This document shows, one piece after another, positions 1 to 11,960 of a stretch of 64,000 nt of DNA. Source of the DNA: Takakia lepidozioides (Eukaryota; Plantae; Bryophyta); contig CM060732.1 in NCBI GenBank assembly GCA_030704615.1, forward strand, positions 67,828,001 through 67,892,000. Reading direction: 5' to 3'. How positions within the stretch are numbered: the first letter of the stretch is position 1; each line of letters starts with the position of its first letter. The position numbers and the translations under genes were made by a program. Under the pieces are notes generated by a model, which saw only the letters and a list, made by a program, of their open reading frames with translations, did not search any database and was not told where the DNA came from.

Positions 1-778
1 CATCACATTTAGAACCATCACCATATTGTGCTCGACCCCAGATCATGGCAGGCACTTCTGCTTTTGCCGAAGGAAGGTTTGACCACCCCTCAATCTGATG
101 GTCCTCGATTGCTTGCTTACCTCTGAAATCCGGTGGTCTTGTACTTTTCTGTGAATACACCATACAACCACCAAATCTTCAAGAATCTTTCACAGAGGGA
201 AAACCCTACGGACCACATATGGTGCCCTTTCCCGGAAAAGGGCAAAATTTGTCTTCAATTTGAGCAAGTGGAGATACGATCTACTCCATTCAAATGCCCG
301 CTACAACTGCGTGCCCTGCATGACAAACCCTTTCACATTGTAAATGCTCACAGCCTCACCTTATAAAACCTGTTGTCCCACCAGTGTAGAGGATCGGAGA
401 GGAACTCCTGCCAGACCCATTCTTTGTTCATTGCACCTCCCTGCCCTCTAGGAAGCCTATCGACATTGAGTGGACTTGAAATGGGAGTACATAAATGTCT
501 CTGTGATTAAATGCCGGCCTTGCGACCTCATGTCTTGGTTTGTTTTGACCTGAAGCACTCTGCTTTGGGTAAGGTAGTACATTGGATTTAGTTGGAGAGT
601 CTGGGGCCTCTCCCTCTTTAGAACATGTCTACGTGGGCCATTCCCTGCAGCTCCTTTGGAGTGGTGATCTCTGAATGGTAACAAGCGGACCCCTACCGCT
701 TGGGGGCAGCCCCTCCGCCCAAAATGGGCAGTTGCATGCTCTGTCTAGCATGCTCGGCACTTGGGCTAGGGTTGGTCC

Positions 779-3700
779 TTGTGCTGTGTAGTTTTTGGGG
801 TGAATCCCAGGATGGACGATGTGTCCTTTAAAACTACCTGCTCCAGCTTAGGCTTGGATTATGTGGCTAATGGCACCATCTCAAGATTGGATAACAGAGG
901 TACTTTGAAGGTTTCATTGCCTAAATCTGCTACAAATAGAATCCCACATCAAATCAGCTTCAAAGAAATTCGCCACTTGACTGGTTGGAGGGCGGTCTTA
1001 GGCATTGGTGATTCAATGAGGCGCTCTAGGAAGACAGTCAAATGTGGGGACTCCAACTTGAAAGTTTCTAACCGGTTTGAAGCCCTGGAAGAGATTGATA
1101 CCAAGCAGCCAGACAGGTTAGTTGGCCCTATGTGCTGAGGCTGAGCGTCAGGAACCTGAAGGATTTGGCACTCTGAATGGATTGCCAATCCTTAAGGTTT
1201 ACTCTAGAAGAATTAAATCTTCACCTGAAGGATTTGGCACTCTGAATGGTTTGCCAATCCTTAAGGTTTACTCTAGAAGAATTAAATCTTCGCCACTGAT
1301 CCCCCTTTGGAGAGCGGTTGGTCGTTCAGGAGCAATCATAGGCTCCCTAGACGGCAAACAATCCATATGCAAAAGGCTAGCTTGCGGCTGGGCACTTTCA
1401 ACTTCTCGGGGTTGACTAACCAAAGGAAACAATTAGTCGAAAGTGCAGTGGACTCTTGGGAGAGTTTCGTCTCTTCTGTGGCTGAAAAGATCATTGGGAG
1501 GAAACTAATTGTCTGCGGTAGAGCTGTTAATTGGTGGACCAATGAGATCAAACTCAAGATTGCCGAGAGACGAGCCCTCTATAAAGAGTGCTGCAGAATG
1601 AAAGTCAATAATGACCTTTGGGTTAAGTACTACCAGCTCGCAAAGATATCAATCAGCTTGTAAGGTCTCAGAAGAAACTATATTGGGATAAGTTATACGG
1701 GCAAATAAACTCAAACCACCATGGTGGTAATGACAAGAAATTCTGGTTGGCCCTTCAACGTCTGTACAAGCCGAAAAATTGTCAGCAAGTACAAGCGCTG
1801 AGGACCCCTAAGGGTGCAGTGGTGACTTCAACGGCTGACATTGTCAACACCTTTGAAACCCACTACAGTACACTTGGCAGAAATTCTAGTTCTAGCAGCG
1901 AGGGGTTTTCTGAAGAATGGAATGACACAGTAGAAAGATCTGTGTGTATGATTCAAGACAGCCCTGATGAACTGGAGTATATTTCAAAGGGTTATAACGC
2001 TCCCATTAGTTCCTCTGAGATTGCGGAAGCAATTGAGCACCTAAACGGATACAAAGCTGGTGGCCCTGATGGCATTGTCAATGAGCTTATCAAGCATGGT
2101 GGTGACCCTATGATAGAGGCCCTTGTTCTTCTCTTTAACCTTATATGGAGGACTGAAATTACCCCCTTTCGCTGGCGGCAGGGGGTCATTGTCAATTTAT
2201 ATAAGAAAGGTCACAGAGAAGAGCCGGGTAACTATCGGGGCATCACGCTTCTTAATGCAGTTGGCAAGATATTCTGCAGAGTTATTAGTACTCGTCTCGA
2301 GGTTGATCTGGAGTCCAGAGGTTGTTTCAATGAAGGCCAAGCTGGCTTTCGGCAAAACAGGGGTTGCGTGGATCATATCTTCACACTCAGCCAGATTATC
2401 CAGGGAAGGAAAAAAGAAGGGAAACCTACTTTTGTCTTTTTCCTGGATGTCAAAAAGGCCTATGACACTGTGTGGAGAGACGGTCTATGGCTCCGACTCT
2501 GGTCTTCCGGGATCAAGGGAAAGATGTGGAGAGTGGTCCATAACTTGTATGCTCACACTAAAAGCTGTGTCACTGTAAATGGACAGAAGTCTAATTTCTT
2601 TGACATAGACCAAGGTGTAGCTCAAGGATGTACCCTCTCCCCTCTGCTCTTCAATGTTTTCATCAATCAACTACTGGAGGATGTGGAAAGTGAGGGATTT
2701 GGGTTAAGGGTGGGTGATGCCACCATACCAGCCCTTATGTTTGCGGATGACTTCGCAGGCATAGGGGAGACTCCTTCCAACCTCCAGGGGCTGATAGATT
2801 GCGCGAAGAGATACTTTGATCTTTGGGGGCTAGAGGCCAATGTCAGTAAATGCGCAGTGGTGGCATTCAACGACCGGGGGGAAGGAGGAGGCGATCTCTA
2901 GTGGCAGTGGGGAAGCCAAGAGATCCCTGTTCTCCCCTCCTACACCTATCTTGGCGTTGAGTTTTCCTCCAACTGTAATTGGGAAGCACATATTCAAAGA
3001 GTGGTTCAATCTGGCAAACGCAAAGCGCTGGGTCTCACTAAATTTTTCCACTGCAGAGGGATCAACTCTGAAGTAAAAAAAACCATGCTTTGCGCGTTAT
3101 CAGGCCGGCCTTGGAGTATGCATCTGCTGTATGGGTTGATAACTCCAACCAGGCTAAGTCTCTTGAATCCATCCAAGTCGGGGTGCTCAAGGAGTGCATG
3201 TCAGCATGCTCCAAAACAGCTAATGTGGCTGTTCGGGGCGGGTTTGGCATTCCTCCCTTAAGCTCCCGACGCGATGAATTCAAAATCAGATGGTGGGGTC
3301 AGCTGCAACATATGGCTAATACCCAGATATCCTAAGTTAATCGACTCTATATCTTGGAAGCAGGACCGCCCTGTCAAACAGGCTAAATCCTGGTGGAAAA
3401 GGTTAGAAGAGATTTTCAAGGATCTGAATCTTAGTCCACTAGCCATGACCCTGCTGGATAAATCTGGCTTAGAAGCTGAAGTTTCCGAAGCCATGTCTAT
3501 TGCCAAGAAATTGTCTGAAGAAAATGAAGTTAGGCAGAAAACTTCCCTGAACCTCTTTCCAGTCTGTGACATGGGTGAGGCCATCATGGATGACCTCAAG
3601 GGTCTACCCACCCTCGGCACTAGACTGAAATTCAAACTCAGGGCGGGTAGCCTACCTTTGAACAACAAACAGTCGCAGAGAGGAAAGGGGGATTGTAAGT

Positions 3701-4080
3701 GCCCGTTGTGTGGGCAACCTGAAGACAATATTCACTTCCTGATTCATTGTCCTGCGTACTCTTACCAACGGGACACCCTCTTCAATTCCATCAAGGACAT
3801 TGTGCCTGTACCTCTGTTTAACAACTTTGAAAATCTTGAGGCTGAGCCAAAAGCCCAGGCCTAGCTATTGGGCAAATCACACACATCAGATTGATGCTTG
3901 TGTGAAGGGATTTCTGGAGGATATCTGGAAATCTCGGATCAACTGTTTATTCCAAGGTAAATCATACTACCGGCGTCAGCCCCTGACAAAGGTAGTTTCT
4001 GTCCCTATATGTTCCGTTCAAACTGGGCGCGGGGTCAATGGCCACAAGGCTACGGCAAACAATGTGTTATGAGTACAATC
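779..4080 (+). mobile_element. Decayed non-LTR retrotransposon (APE-type LINE, RTE/RTEX-like by eye): RT, C-terminal Cys/His finger, internally deleted endonuclease
   Basis: RT motifs in 1747-2901: YRGITLLN, QAGFRQNRG, FLDVKKAYDTV, GVAQGCTLSPLLFN, LMFADD. Past the TAG at 2899-2901 the frame continues with YTYLGV, then after frameshifts RPALEYASAVW (3090-3335) and CPLCGQPEDNIHFLIHCPAY (3274-3864), ending GHKATANNVL* at 4072. APE start LRLGTFNFSGL at ~1382. The 5' boundary is uncertain. Confidence 0.92.
1154..1291 (+). repeat. 69-bp tandem duplication inside the LINE 5' region
   Basis: 1154-1222 and 1223-1291 differ at one base; they give PEGFGTLNGLPILKVYSRRIKSS twice. Confidence 0.95.
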
Positions 4081-4589
4081 TTTGTTCATTGCTTGACCTA
4101 CATGCAAGAACTGCAATAGCGTTACATTTCCCCCTGCAGTGTTTCTATTTTAGTAGTGCCAGTGTAGTTTTGTGTAACAGTTGTGCAAGTTACTCTGGGT
4201 TCTTTCTCTACTTCTGGCACCCACAGACCAAATTACAGATGTTGTAGAAGATACTGAAGTAGCGGAAGGATGTCAATGCTGACAAGGAGACTGGCTTTAA
4301 AGATGGCCTTACCCACCACACTCTTCAACCATGACCTGGGCAATCACCAGATTGTGATTGCACTTGAATCATGGTGGCTGGCTCTGCTTTCATCCAAGCC
4401 AACCCTAATCAAAAGGGGCCTTTATGCATTTATGTGTCATTTAAGTCTTGTGATCTGTGAAAACCACTTGTGGGCAGCTCAGGAACCATATTCAACCAGA
4501 GCCTTGCATAGAACAGGCTTAAAGCACAAAAACCCAAGCATCTTTCAAACACAAACAGGGGAAAGACCATACAGAAAACATCATCCTCC

Positions 4590-6200
4590 CAGCTGCAATC
4601 AGCCCTCCTCGACAAACTCTTTCACATCCTAATCGAAGGCAGCCTCACCTCATCAAACCTGTTCTCCCACCACTGTGCTTGGTCTAAGAAAAACTCCTGC
4701 CAGAGATGTTCCTTGCACATTGCTTGACCTCCGTGCAATACTGCAAGACCATGAGAATTTGCCAGCTGCTGATGGTGTGAGTCTTATTTGGAGATGCCAG
4801 CATTAGAACTCTCTCTCTCTCACACACACACCACAGACTGGCAGCAATCACATCTGTACATAGTGTTGGATTGAAGGCAAAAGCAGAGTGCTGGAATTTT
4901 CCAAGGTAGCCCATACAACAACTGGCTCTGGTTTGATCCCCCATGGGAACAATTGCGATCGAGGCAACTCCTAGCACTGTTCCCAGGAATTGTTTATGAG
5001 TACATCTCTCTTTGCCCCTACCCATTCCTCATTGAGACTGGCGTTTGTGGCTTTGCACTGCTTCAGAGAGACCACAGCAATGTGTGTGACATGTGCAGTA
5101 AGCAGCCCTCCACGTTAAGGAACGGACTCCAAATGCTTGTAGCTTGCAGGATTTCTGTGAGCAAAAAATGTCACGACATTCACCCTGAGAAAAACCACGT
5201 GGGTATTTCCTCAAAAGCATGACATTGTAGAAGGAAAATAATGCAACCAAGTATAGCAGTAGCCAAGATACTGATGAAGGAAGACAGGTTGTCGATTACT
5301 CACATTCCTCGAAAGTCCATGAATAAACAGAAAGTGAACTTCTTCGATCAAGATGCTTGTAGTTTCTACCGGGATTGATGAAGGACAACATACAGCCTGA
5401 ATCGCTGGAAGGCACACAATTCAGAGACGCCAAAAGATCCGCAAAAACTAGCGTGTCGTGACCCTCCTCCAATTCCCCTGGAGGCTGGGTAAGAGTCACA
5501 TGCAAGGGTCTCACGCCGGGCATTGCCAAGCCGGTTGTCCAGTTCAATTCCACAGCCTGGCCCGTCAATCTCTGGCGTGATGTGAGGCCCCCTGCTCGTT
5601 CAATGCCATAACGAGACAGGGACTTAGGCATGCCCAGTGATGGCACCCACTGTAGTGCGCCAGAGAACGCTGTCAAGCAACCCCCTGGAGTACCCGCAAA
5701 AGGAATAACGAGGTACATTGCATCATACACAAGTGCAGGCCGGCTTCTTATCCGTCTCTTTCAAAAGCGCCTTCAGAAAATTTCGCTTCTGCAGTGGAGC
5801 TAAAGTGATGCCTTGAGCCAGAAGGAAGAGTCTTCTCCTCCACTCGATGCCAGTGTAAATTCCACGAGGCCGGTGTGAACAGAGCATAAAGGGGGCGCAG
5901 TATCATCGCACAAACTTGCCCCATCGCACTGAAGTCCTCCTTCCAGATTCTCCCAAAAAGGCTCACCTTTACTTGGTACAACAGCGCCAACTGTACTCGC
6001 CCCACCTACTAAACCCTTAACCCGGAATCCACCTCGAGCTTCTGCGAGAGAAGACAGAGAAGGTGGGTGGACGGAATGTGGAGATCATGGATGAATCTAA
6101 CTACCCTGCATTTTGGCGTTTCAAGTCCCAGGTCACCAGATAATGCGATAGTTCCTTCTCTCAAGGGACTACAGTTTGTTGCAGCAGCCCTCACGCCCAA
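4590..6200 (-). pseudogene. Possible highly decayed UDP-glycosyltransferase (GT1) remnant
   Basis: Fragments across frames fall in the expected order: LKALLKETDKKPA/LVYDAM, YSWTFEECE, HTHCCGLSEAV, LGVASIAIVPMGDQ (PSPG-box-like), DVKEFVEE. Many stops and frameshifts; the similarity is weak. Confidence 0.3.
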
Positions 6201-6319
6201 GCGCCGTCGATAAAGTTAATCTAGTCTTCTCTTTTAGATCCCAAGATATTCAAGAAACTAGAAGTATGTTAGAGATGTGAGAAGTGGTCACTAAAGAAAG
6301 AAATTTGTCAGGTTAGTGA

Positions 6320-6470
6320 GAAGAAGGAAGCGATTTCATGATTTGGGTTCAAGATTGGAGAAGATGTTTGAGAAGAAGGAAGCGGTCTCAGCGGGTTGAA
6401 AATTAGCGAGGAAGATGTTTGGGAAGAAAGAAGCAATCTCAGGTTTTGGATTGAAGATTCGGAGAAGAAC
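6320..6470 (+). repeat. Degenerate ~50-bp purine-rich tandem repeat (GAAGATGTTTGRGAAGAARGAAGC core)
   Basis: About three imperfect units are visible. Confidence 0.6.
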
Positions 6471-6603
6471 GGCATGCAAATGATGAAGTAATAGCGTGGC
6501 TCTTGTCCAAAGTATGCTGGCCTTGCGAGAATCTCGGGGTGGCTCCCGAGTCTGGACTGCTTGCAAGCCTGGCTCTGTGCTGAGAGTTTGAAGAAGGCGT
6601 GAG

Positions 6604-7205
6604 ATGAACACTCTTTATCCCCCTCTGTTTCGCATTACATTGAGATTTGTTTCAAACAGTTTCAAGCCAATTGTGGGTCCGTGGCGACCGTTGGAGGAGG
6701 AGAGGGTATGTTTACGTGGTGATGTCCAGAGAGGGTACCTGAGGGTGGAGGACAATGGGTGGGCATGGGCGCCTGGACTCACTTTGAACAAGGAAATTCC
6801 AAACACGGTGCCTGGTCGGGCGGGTTTGTCTCTCCCTTGCAAAGTTTGTTTCCCTCTCTCTCTTTCTCTGTGTGTCTCTCCCTCATTGTTCTACTTCGTC
6901 CTTGGGCCAGTGGCACTTTGAAGTATGTCTTCTTTCTTCCTTTGAGTGCCAAAAATCATGACCACTAAACTTGGCCAGGATCTCACCTGTTGTTGTGGCA
7001 TGGGTAGCTGAAGGAGGTAGGGATGGAGTGTGGTTGCAGTTCAATGTGACAGGACCAGATTTCAAGCACAAGAGTAACGGTGAGCCACTGCGGATTGACA
7101 GCTACATGGAACCTGTGTGGGTGGACTGTCAATTGAAGAAACTACAATCCAATAGGCGGAAGTCTGCCACCAGCTCTGGCGGAGGGACGGTGGGGGTTGC
7201 TTCCA
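6604..7205 (+). CDS. Predicted 5' exons of the PPR-DYW gene: exon 6604-6843 (possible targeting peptide) and exon 7040-7205 encoding an OSB-type PDF half-motif
   Basis: AAA|GTTTGT at 6844 (phase 0) joins TGCAG|TTC at 7040 (phase 0). The exon reads FNVTGPDFKHKSNGEPLRIDSYMEPVWVDCQLKKL. Donor A|GTATGT at 7206 (phase 1) matches acceptor TGCAG|AG at 7586 (phase 1), in frame with the PPR ORF. Confidence 0.6.
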
Positions 7206-7585
7206 GTATGTCAGTTCCCTCCTCATTTACAATGCAGACCTCATGGACTTCTGAGCGACCCATTGCAAGGAGCATAGTTCTTATTCCAGCACAGTTCTTG
7301 TATCTTTGGAATAAGGGAATAGTTCCTTCTCTCCCTAGCAGAAAATAAGTTTGTTTGTTGAGGGAGAATCTGAGCTGCTGTCCAAGTTAAAATATCTTGC
7401 AAGCATATGCTATGATGTGGAGGGCTACCAGCACAACCACCCTAATGTGTAGCAAGGGACCCTTTCCCTCTTGAAAAAGTTTTTTTTTGCATGTGAAAGC
7501 TTTTAGATATATCATGTGAGCTCGAGTGTCAAGTATTGTACCTAAGGGCTTGAGTCGTGTGGGACGACCCGATTAAATCATGCAG

Positions 7586-9975
7586 AGCTGTCGGAATCAG
7601 GTATGACTACTGTTTTTGAAAGGGGGCTAAGAGAGGGAGTGGACAAGAAGTCTTCTGGCCGTTGTGAGGATGTCAGGACACTCTGTAAGGCAGGACAAGT
7701 GAAAAAGGCACTGCACATTTTGAACCAAGGAGACATTGCAGCAGACTCCTATACATATGGCTGTCTGTTGCAGGAGTGCATGAAGATGAAAGGCCTGGTA
7801 GAGGGAAAGCAGGTTCATGCCCACATTATCAAAAGTGGATTCAAGCCAAATGTCTTTCTGCTGAACACCCTTATCAATGTATATGCCAAGAGCGGGAGCG
7901 TGGTGGATGCCCGCCAAGTGTTTGACACAATGCCTGAACGAAATCTCTTTACGTGGACTATAATGATAGCAGGATATGCTCAACATGGCTTTGGTAGGGA
8001 GGCTTTCGAAATTTATTCACAGATGAGATGTGAAGGAGTTACACCTGACAAAGTCACATTCATTTGCATTCTCAAGGCGTGTGCAAGCCTGGCATCTCTA
8101 GAAAAGGGCATAGAGGTTCATGCCAACATTGTCAAAACTGGAATTGTGCCGGATATCATTTTGCAGAATACCCTCGTCGACATGTATGCCAAATGCGGCA
8201 GCATAAAAGATGCTTGTCAACTGTTTGATAACATGGCTAAGCGAGATGTTGTCTCATGGAGTGCGATGATCGCAGGATATGCTCAACATCAGAGTGGCAG
8301 GAAGGCTTTCGAGACTTATCAGCAAATGATACAGGAAGGGGTGACTCCTAACAAGGTCACTTTCATTTGTGTTCTCAATGCATGCGCAAGCCTGGCAACC
8401 CTGGAAAAGGGTAAAGAGGTTCATGCTGCCATCATCAAAGCTGGAGTTGTGCCAGATATGATACTGAAGACAGCCCTGGTTAACATGTATGCCAAATGTG
8501 GGAGCATGAAGGATGCGTGCCAAGTGTTCAATACTATGGATCCTCGAGATGTGGTGTCATGGAATGCCATGATTGCAGGATATGCCAAATGTGGGAGCAT
8601 GAAGGAGGCACATCGAGTGTTTGACACCATGGCTGAACGGAATGTGGTCTCATGGAATGCAATGATCACAGGATATGCCCAGCAGGGGTGTAGCAGGGAG
8701 GCCCTCCAACTTTTTGAACAAATGCAACAGGAAGGCGTGAAGCCGAATGTCGTCTCATGGAGCACAATGATTGCAGGATATGCTCAGCATGGGTGTGGTA
8801 GGGAGGCTTTCCAGATGTATAAGGAAATGGTCCGTGAAGGGGTCACCCCCAATAACGTCACATTCATCTGCGTTCTCAATGCATGTGCCAGCCTGGCAGC
8901 ACTGGAAAAGGGTAAAGAAGTCCATGCTGACATTATCAGATCGGGAATTGTGCCAGATATCCTTCTGGAGAATACCCTTGTTAACATGTATGCCAAATGT
9001 GGCAGTGTAGAGGATGCGCGTCGAGTGTTTGACAGTATGTCTGAACAAGATGTGGTCTCATGGAATGCCATGATGTCAGGATATGGCCAGCATGGCGGTG
9101 GTAGGGAGGCTGTCCAACTATTTGAAGAAATGCGACAGAAAGATTTTAAGCCGGACAGTATCACCCTTACATGTGTTTTGTCTGCATGTAGCCATGTGGG
9201 TCTGGTGGATGAAGGCCGTCACTACTTTGATTCCATGAGTCAAGATCATGGCGTCAGTCCTGCAACAGAACATTATGGCTGCATGGTGGACCTTCTTGGC
9301 CGTGCAGGTCGATCGGATGAGGCAGAGGAGTTCATCAACCAAATGCCAATCGAACCAGGTGCTGTGGTGTGGGGGGCCTTGCTTGGTGCCTGCAGAAATC
9401 ATGGCAATATGGAGGTAGCAGAACGTGCTGCAAAATATATGTTCATGTGTGATCCAGAGGACGCCACAATTTATGTGCTGCTATCAAACATTTATGCTGC
9501 GGCTGGAAGATGGGAAGATGTAGCAAAGGTGAGAAAAATGATGCAGGACAGAAATATCAGAAAGGAGCCAGGGCGCAGCTGCATTGAGGTGGACAACCAG
9601 GTGCATTCGTTCCTTGTGGAAGATAAATTGCATCCAGAAATTGAGGAAATCTATGCTGAGCTGAAGAGATTGTCTGAACAGATGATGGAGGCCGGGTATA
9701 CACCTGACACCCGCTTGGTATTGCATAATGTGGAGGAGAAGGAAAAGGAATTTTCTCTTTGCCACCACAGTGAAAAGTTGGCCATCACATATGGGCTGCT
9801 CAGCACGTGCGCCGGGGCGCCTATCCGGATCATCAAGAACCTCCGGGTGTGTGGCGATTGCCATACTGCGACCAAGTTCATCTCAAAGATTGTAGGGCGA
9901 GCGATAGTTGTACGGGACTGCAGCCGCTTTCATCACTTCCAGGATGGCGTTTGTTCTTGTGGGGATTACTGGTGA
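7586..9975 (+). CDS. PLS-class PPR protein with E1-E2-DYW (PG-type) deaminase domain; organellar C-to-U RNA-editing factor
   Basis: ORF 7603-9975 parses as L1-S1-P1-L1-S1-P1-L1-S1-SS-P-P1-L1-S1-P2-L2-S2-E1-E2, then PG box (EPGRSCIEV), HSEKLA, CGDCH and terminal DYW. All zinc and catalytic residues are intact. Confidence 0.98.
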
Positions 9976-10099
9976 AACAAGCAACATGCATGAAAGAATG
10001 TGTAAAGGAAAGCCACACTCGTCTTCTTGGGCTCACGCAAGGGCTTCTGGTATATTGTCAAATTACCGATCTCAGAGCTTGTACCAGCGAGGTTCTGAA

Positions 10100-11960
10100 G
10101 GGTGTGGAGGATTTGAGGTCTGGCAGAGTGTTCTCAAGTGGTGGGCAGGGGAGGGAGGCATTTGTTTGGCTTTTTAGGAGTTGTGCAAGTTACAATGCGT
10201 AGTTGAGGGAGAAACGCAAAGAGTGAGGTGGAGATTCCAGGAGCCGGTTGGATTTGGAGGGAACGCATCTCGTCAGGGGGTTATACATCTGGCTCATACA
10301 TCGAGAAAGGGGGTGGAATGACAGTAAAACCGTGAGACCCACAGTAGCAAGCACTGTGTTAGAAACTGCATGGGTGAATCCTGGGCTTGTGCAGCCCCAA
10401 AATCTGTGGGGTTTTTCTAGATTTTCAGCAGACACAGATTGGGGAGAGATGGACGATTATGATGAGGTTTCCGAGAGATGCCAGCAGGGCAAGACAGTGA
10501 GTAGCTGTCCCCTGAGTTCCTGTCGATGCGGTTCCCTGCCAGAAGTATCGGGACAGGCCTGGAAGTCAATGACGGATGGATCGCCGCAGAGGAGGCCACT
10601 CTGTTCTACAGCGAGACAGAGTCGACACAGAGTTGGCCCAGGCAACGTATGTGAGCACAGACAATCTGTGAACTAGTGGCACACTTTTCTTACAAAGTTT
10701 ATAACAAGGATGAGTTGCTTCTGAGTGGGACATTGGAACAGGTTGAGCACTCGGCAGACACAAAACGGTTATGATTCTGTGAGTTCTATTTCAAGGAGCA
10801 GTATGCTAACGTGGAAAATGGAGTGCAACTGTGCTGTCAGACAATCAGGGTGCGTTTTCCTCATAGACAGCATGAATATTTGACCGTCTGATTATCTCTC
10901 CCAGCACTCTTTGTTGGTCCATACTTCGGGCATCCATTAACCTTAGCTGAGACCATGCAGCCAGAGGTCAAAATGCGAAACCACTCTGGATGCAATTGAA
11001 GTCGACTGGTAAACGGAATGTTTACTTTCGATGTGCTGCATGTTAATTTGAGTTAATTTGAGTTAATTCAAGCCACATGCAAGACGGTTTTTCATTCACG
11101 CATCGAAATGGAGAGAAGATTGCTGTGGACTGGTGGTTGTATCATACTAGAGGTGGATGGTGGTTGTCTGAAGTTGAGTATCGTGTGGTTGGGATGATGG
11201 TTTTGGTACAAGTGCCTATGTCTCTTAGAGGTTCCAGGAAGTCCTGATGGGCAATGTGCTGTTTTGCAGGTGACAGAAGGCAGTACATTTATGGATCTTA
11301 CCGACAAGACAGCTCAGCTGGGCTATGCTTTGGAATGGAGTGGATACGGAGAAGGCGACGATGGGCAGATGTCATGGTTCAATGCAGGGGGTTAGGGTAG
11401 GCATGGGCATTGGCGGGCTTGTGACTAGGTGTGGGCATTGGCGTTTGTCAGGACATACCATGAAGACTCTCAGAAGAGTATTCTTTTAGCCATGTGTGCG
11501 ACGTATGCAGCTGTCACAGCAGGCTCCCTGCTGTGAAAGAAGCTTTGTTGTTAGAATGGCCATGTAATAATTAATGGCTGGAGGCAGCTGTGTCGCGTAG
11601 GGGGAAATGTTTGACGGAGGAGAAGAGCCTGTGTGCCACGCATTGAGCAAGTGGTTACAGATGACACAGAGCTGTCTGTCACTTCTAAAATTTGTGGCTG
11701 AGCAGAAGTTGAGAGGTGTGAAAATTCTGCAACTTCGATCATGTGATATTCTGGCAGTGCAGCTGGCACACCTAGAGAATTGATTCCTTGCTTCAGAAGA
11801 TAATGACCAATTGAGGTCTATTAGCAGCCACTGGCGAATGTAGGCCTGCAAGCACTCTTAAGCTGGGACAGTTCTTTTGTTGTCTTTAGGTAGCAATATT
11901 GGCCTCTGGCCTTGTTATGGATCTGCAAAGGTGGGAGCTCTCAGGCCAAGTACTCTCGTA
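10100..11960 (+). pseudogene. Decayed inverted duplicate of the At1g01500-like gene at 21.1-23.3 kb
   Basis: Collinear similarity to the reverse complement of ~23275-21110. It covers the 5' leader, MDDYDEVS, the internal intron (GACTG|GTAAAC...TTGCAG|GTGACAGAAGG), GYGEGDDGQMSWFNAG and the 3' UTR, with deletions and frameshifts. Confidence 0.92.

Noticed and set aside
7627-9881. Multiple antisense and alternative-frame ORFs over the PPR gene (and likewise over other CDSs)
   Set aside because: These are shadow ORFs of real coding sequence with no independent motifs.
9565-9975. U-to-C (DYW:KP-type) editing domain
   Set aside because: The PG box, HSEKLA and terminal DYW indicate the ordinary C-to-U PG type.
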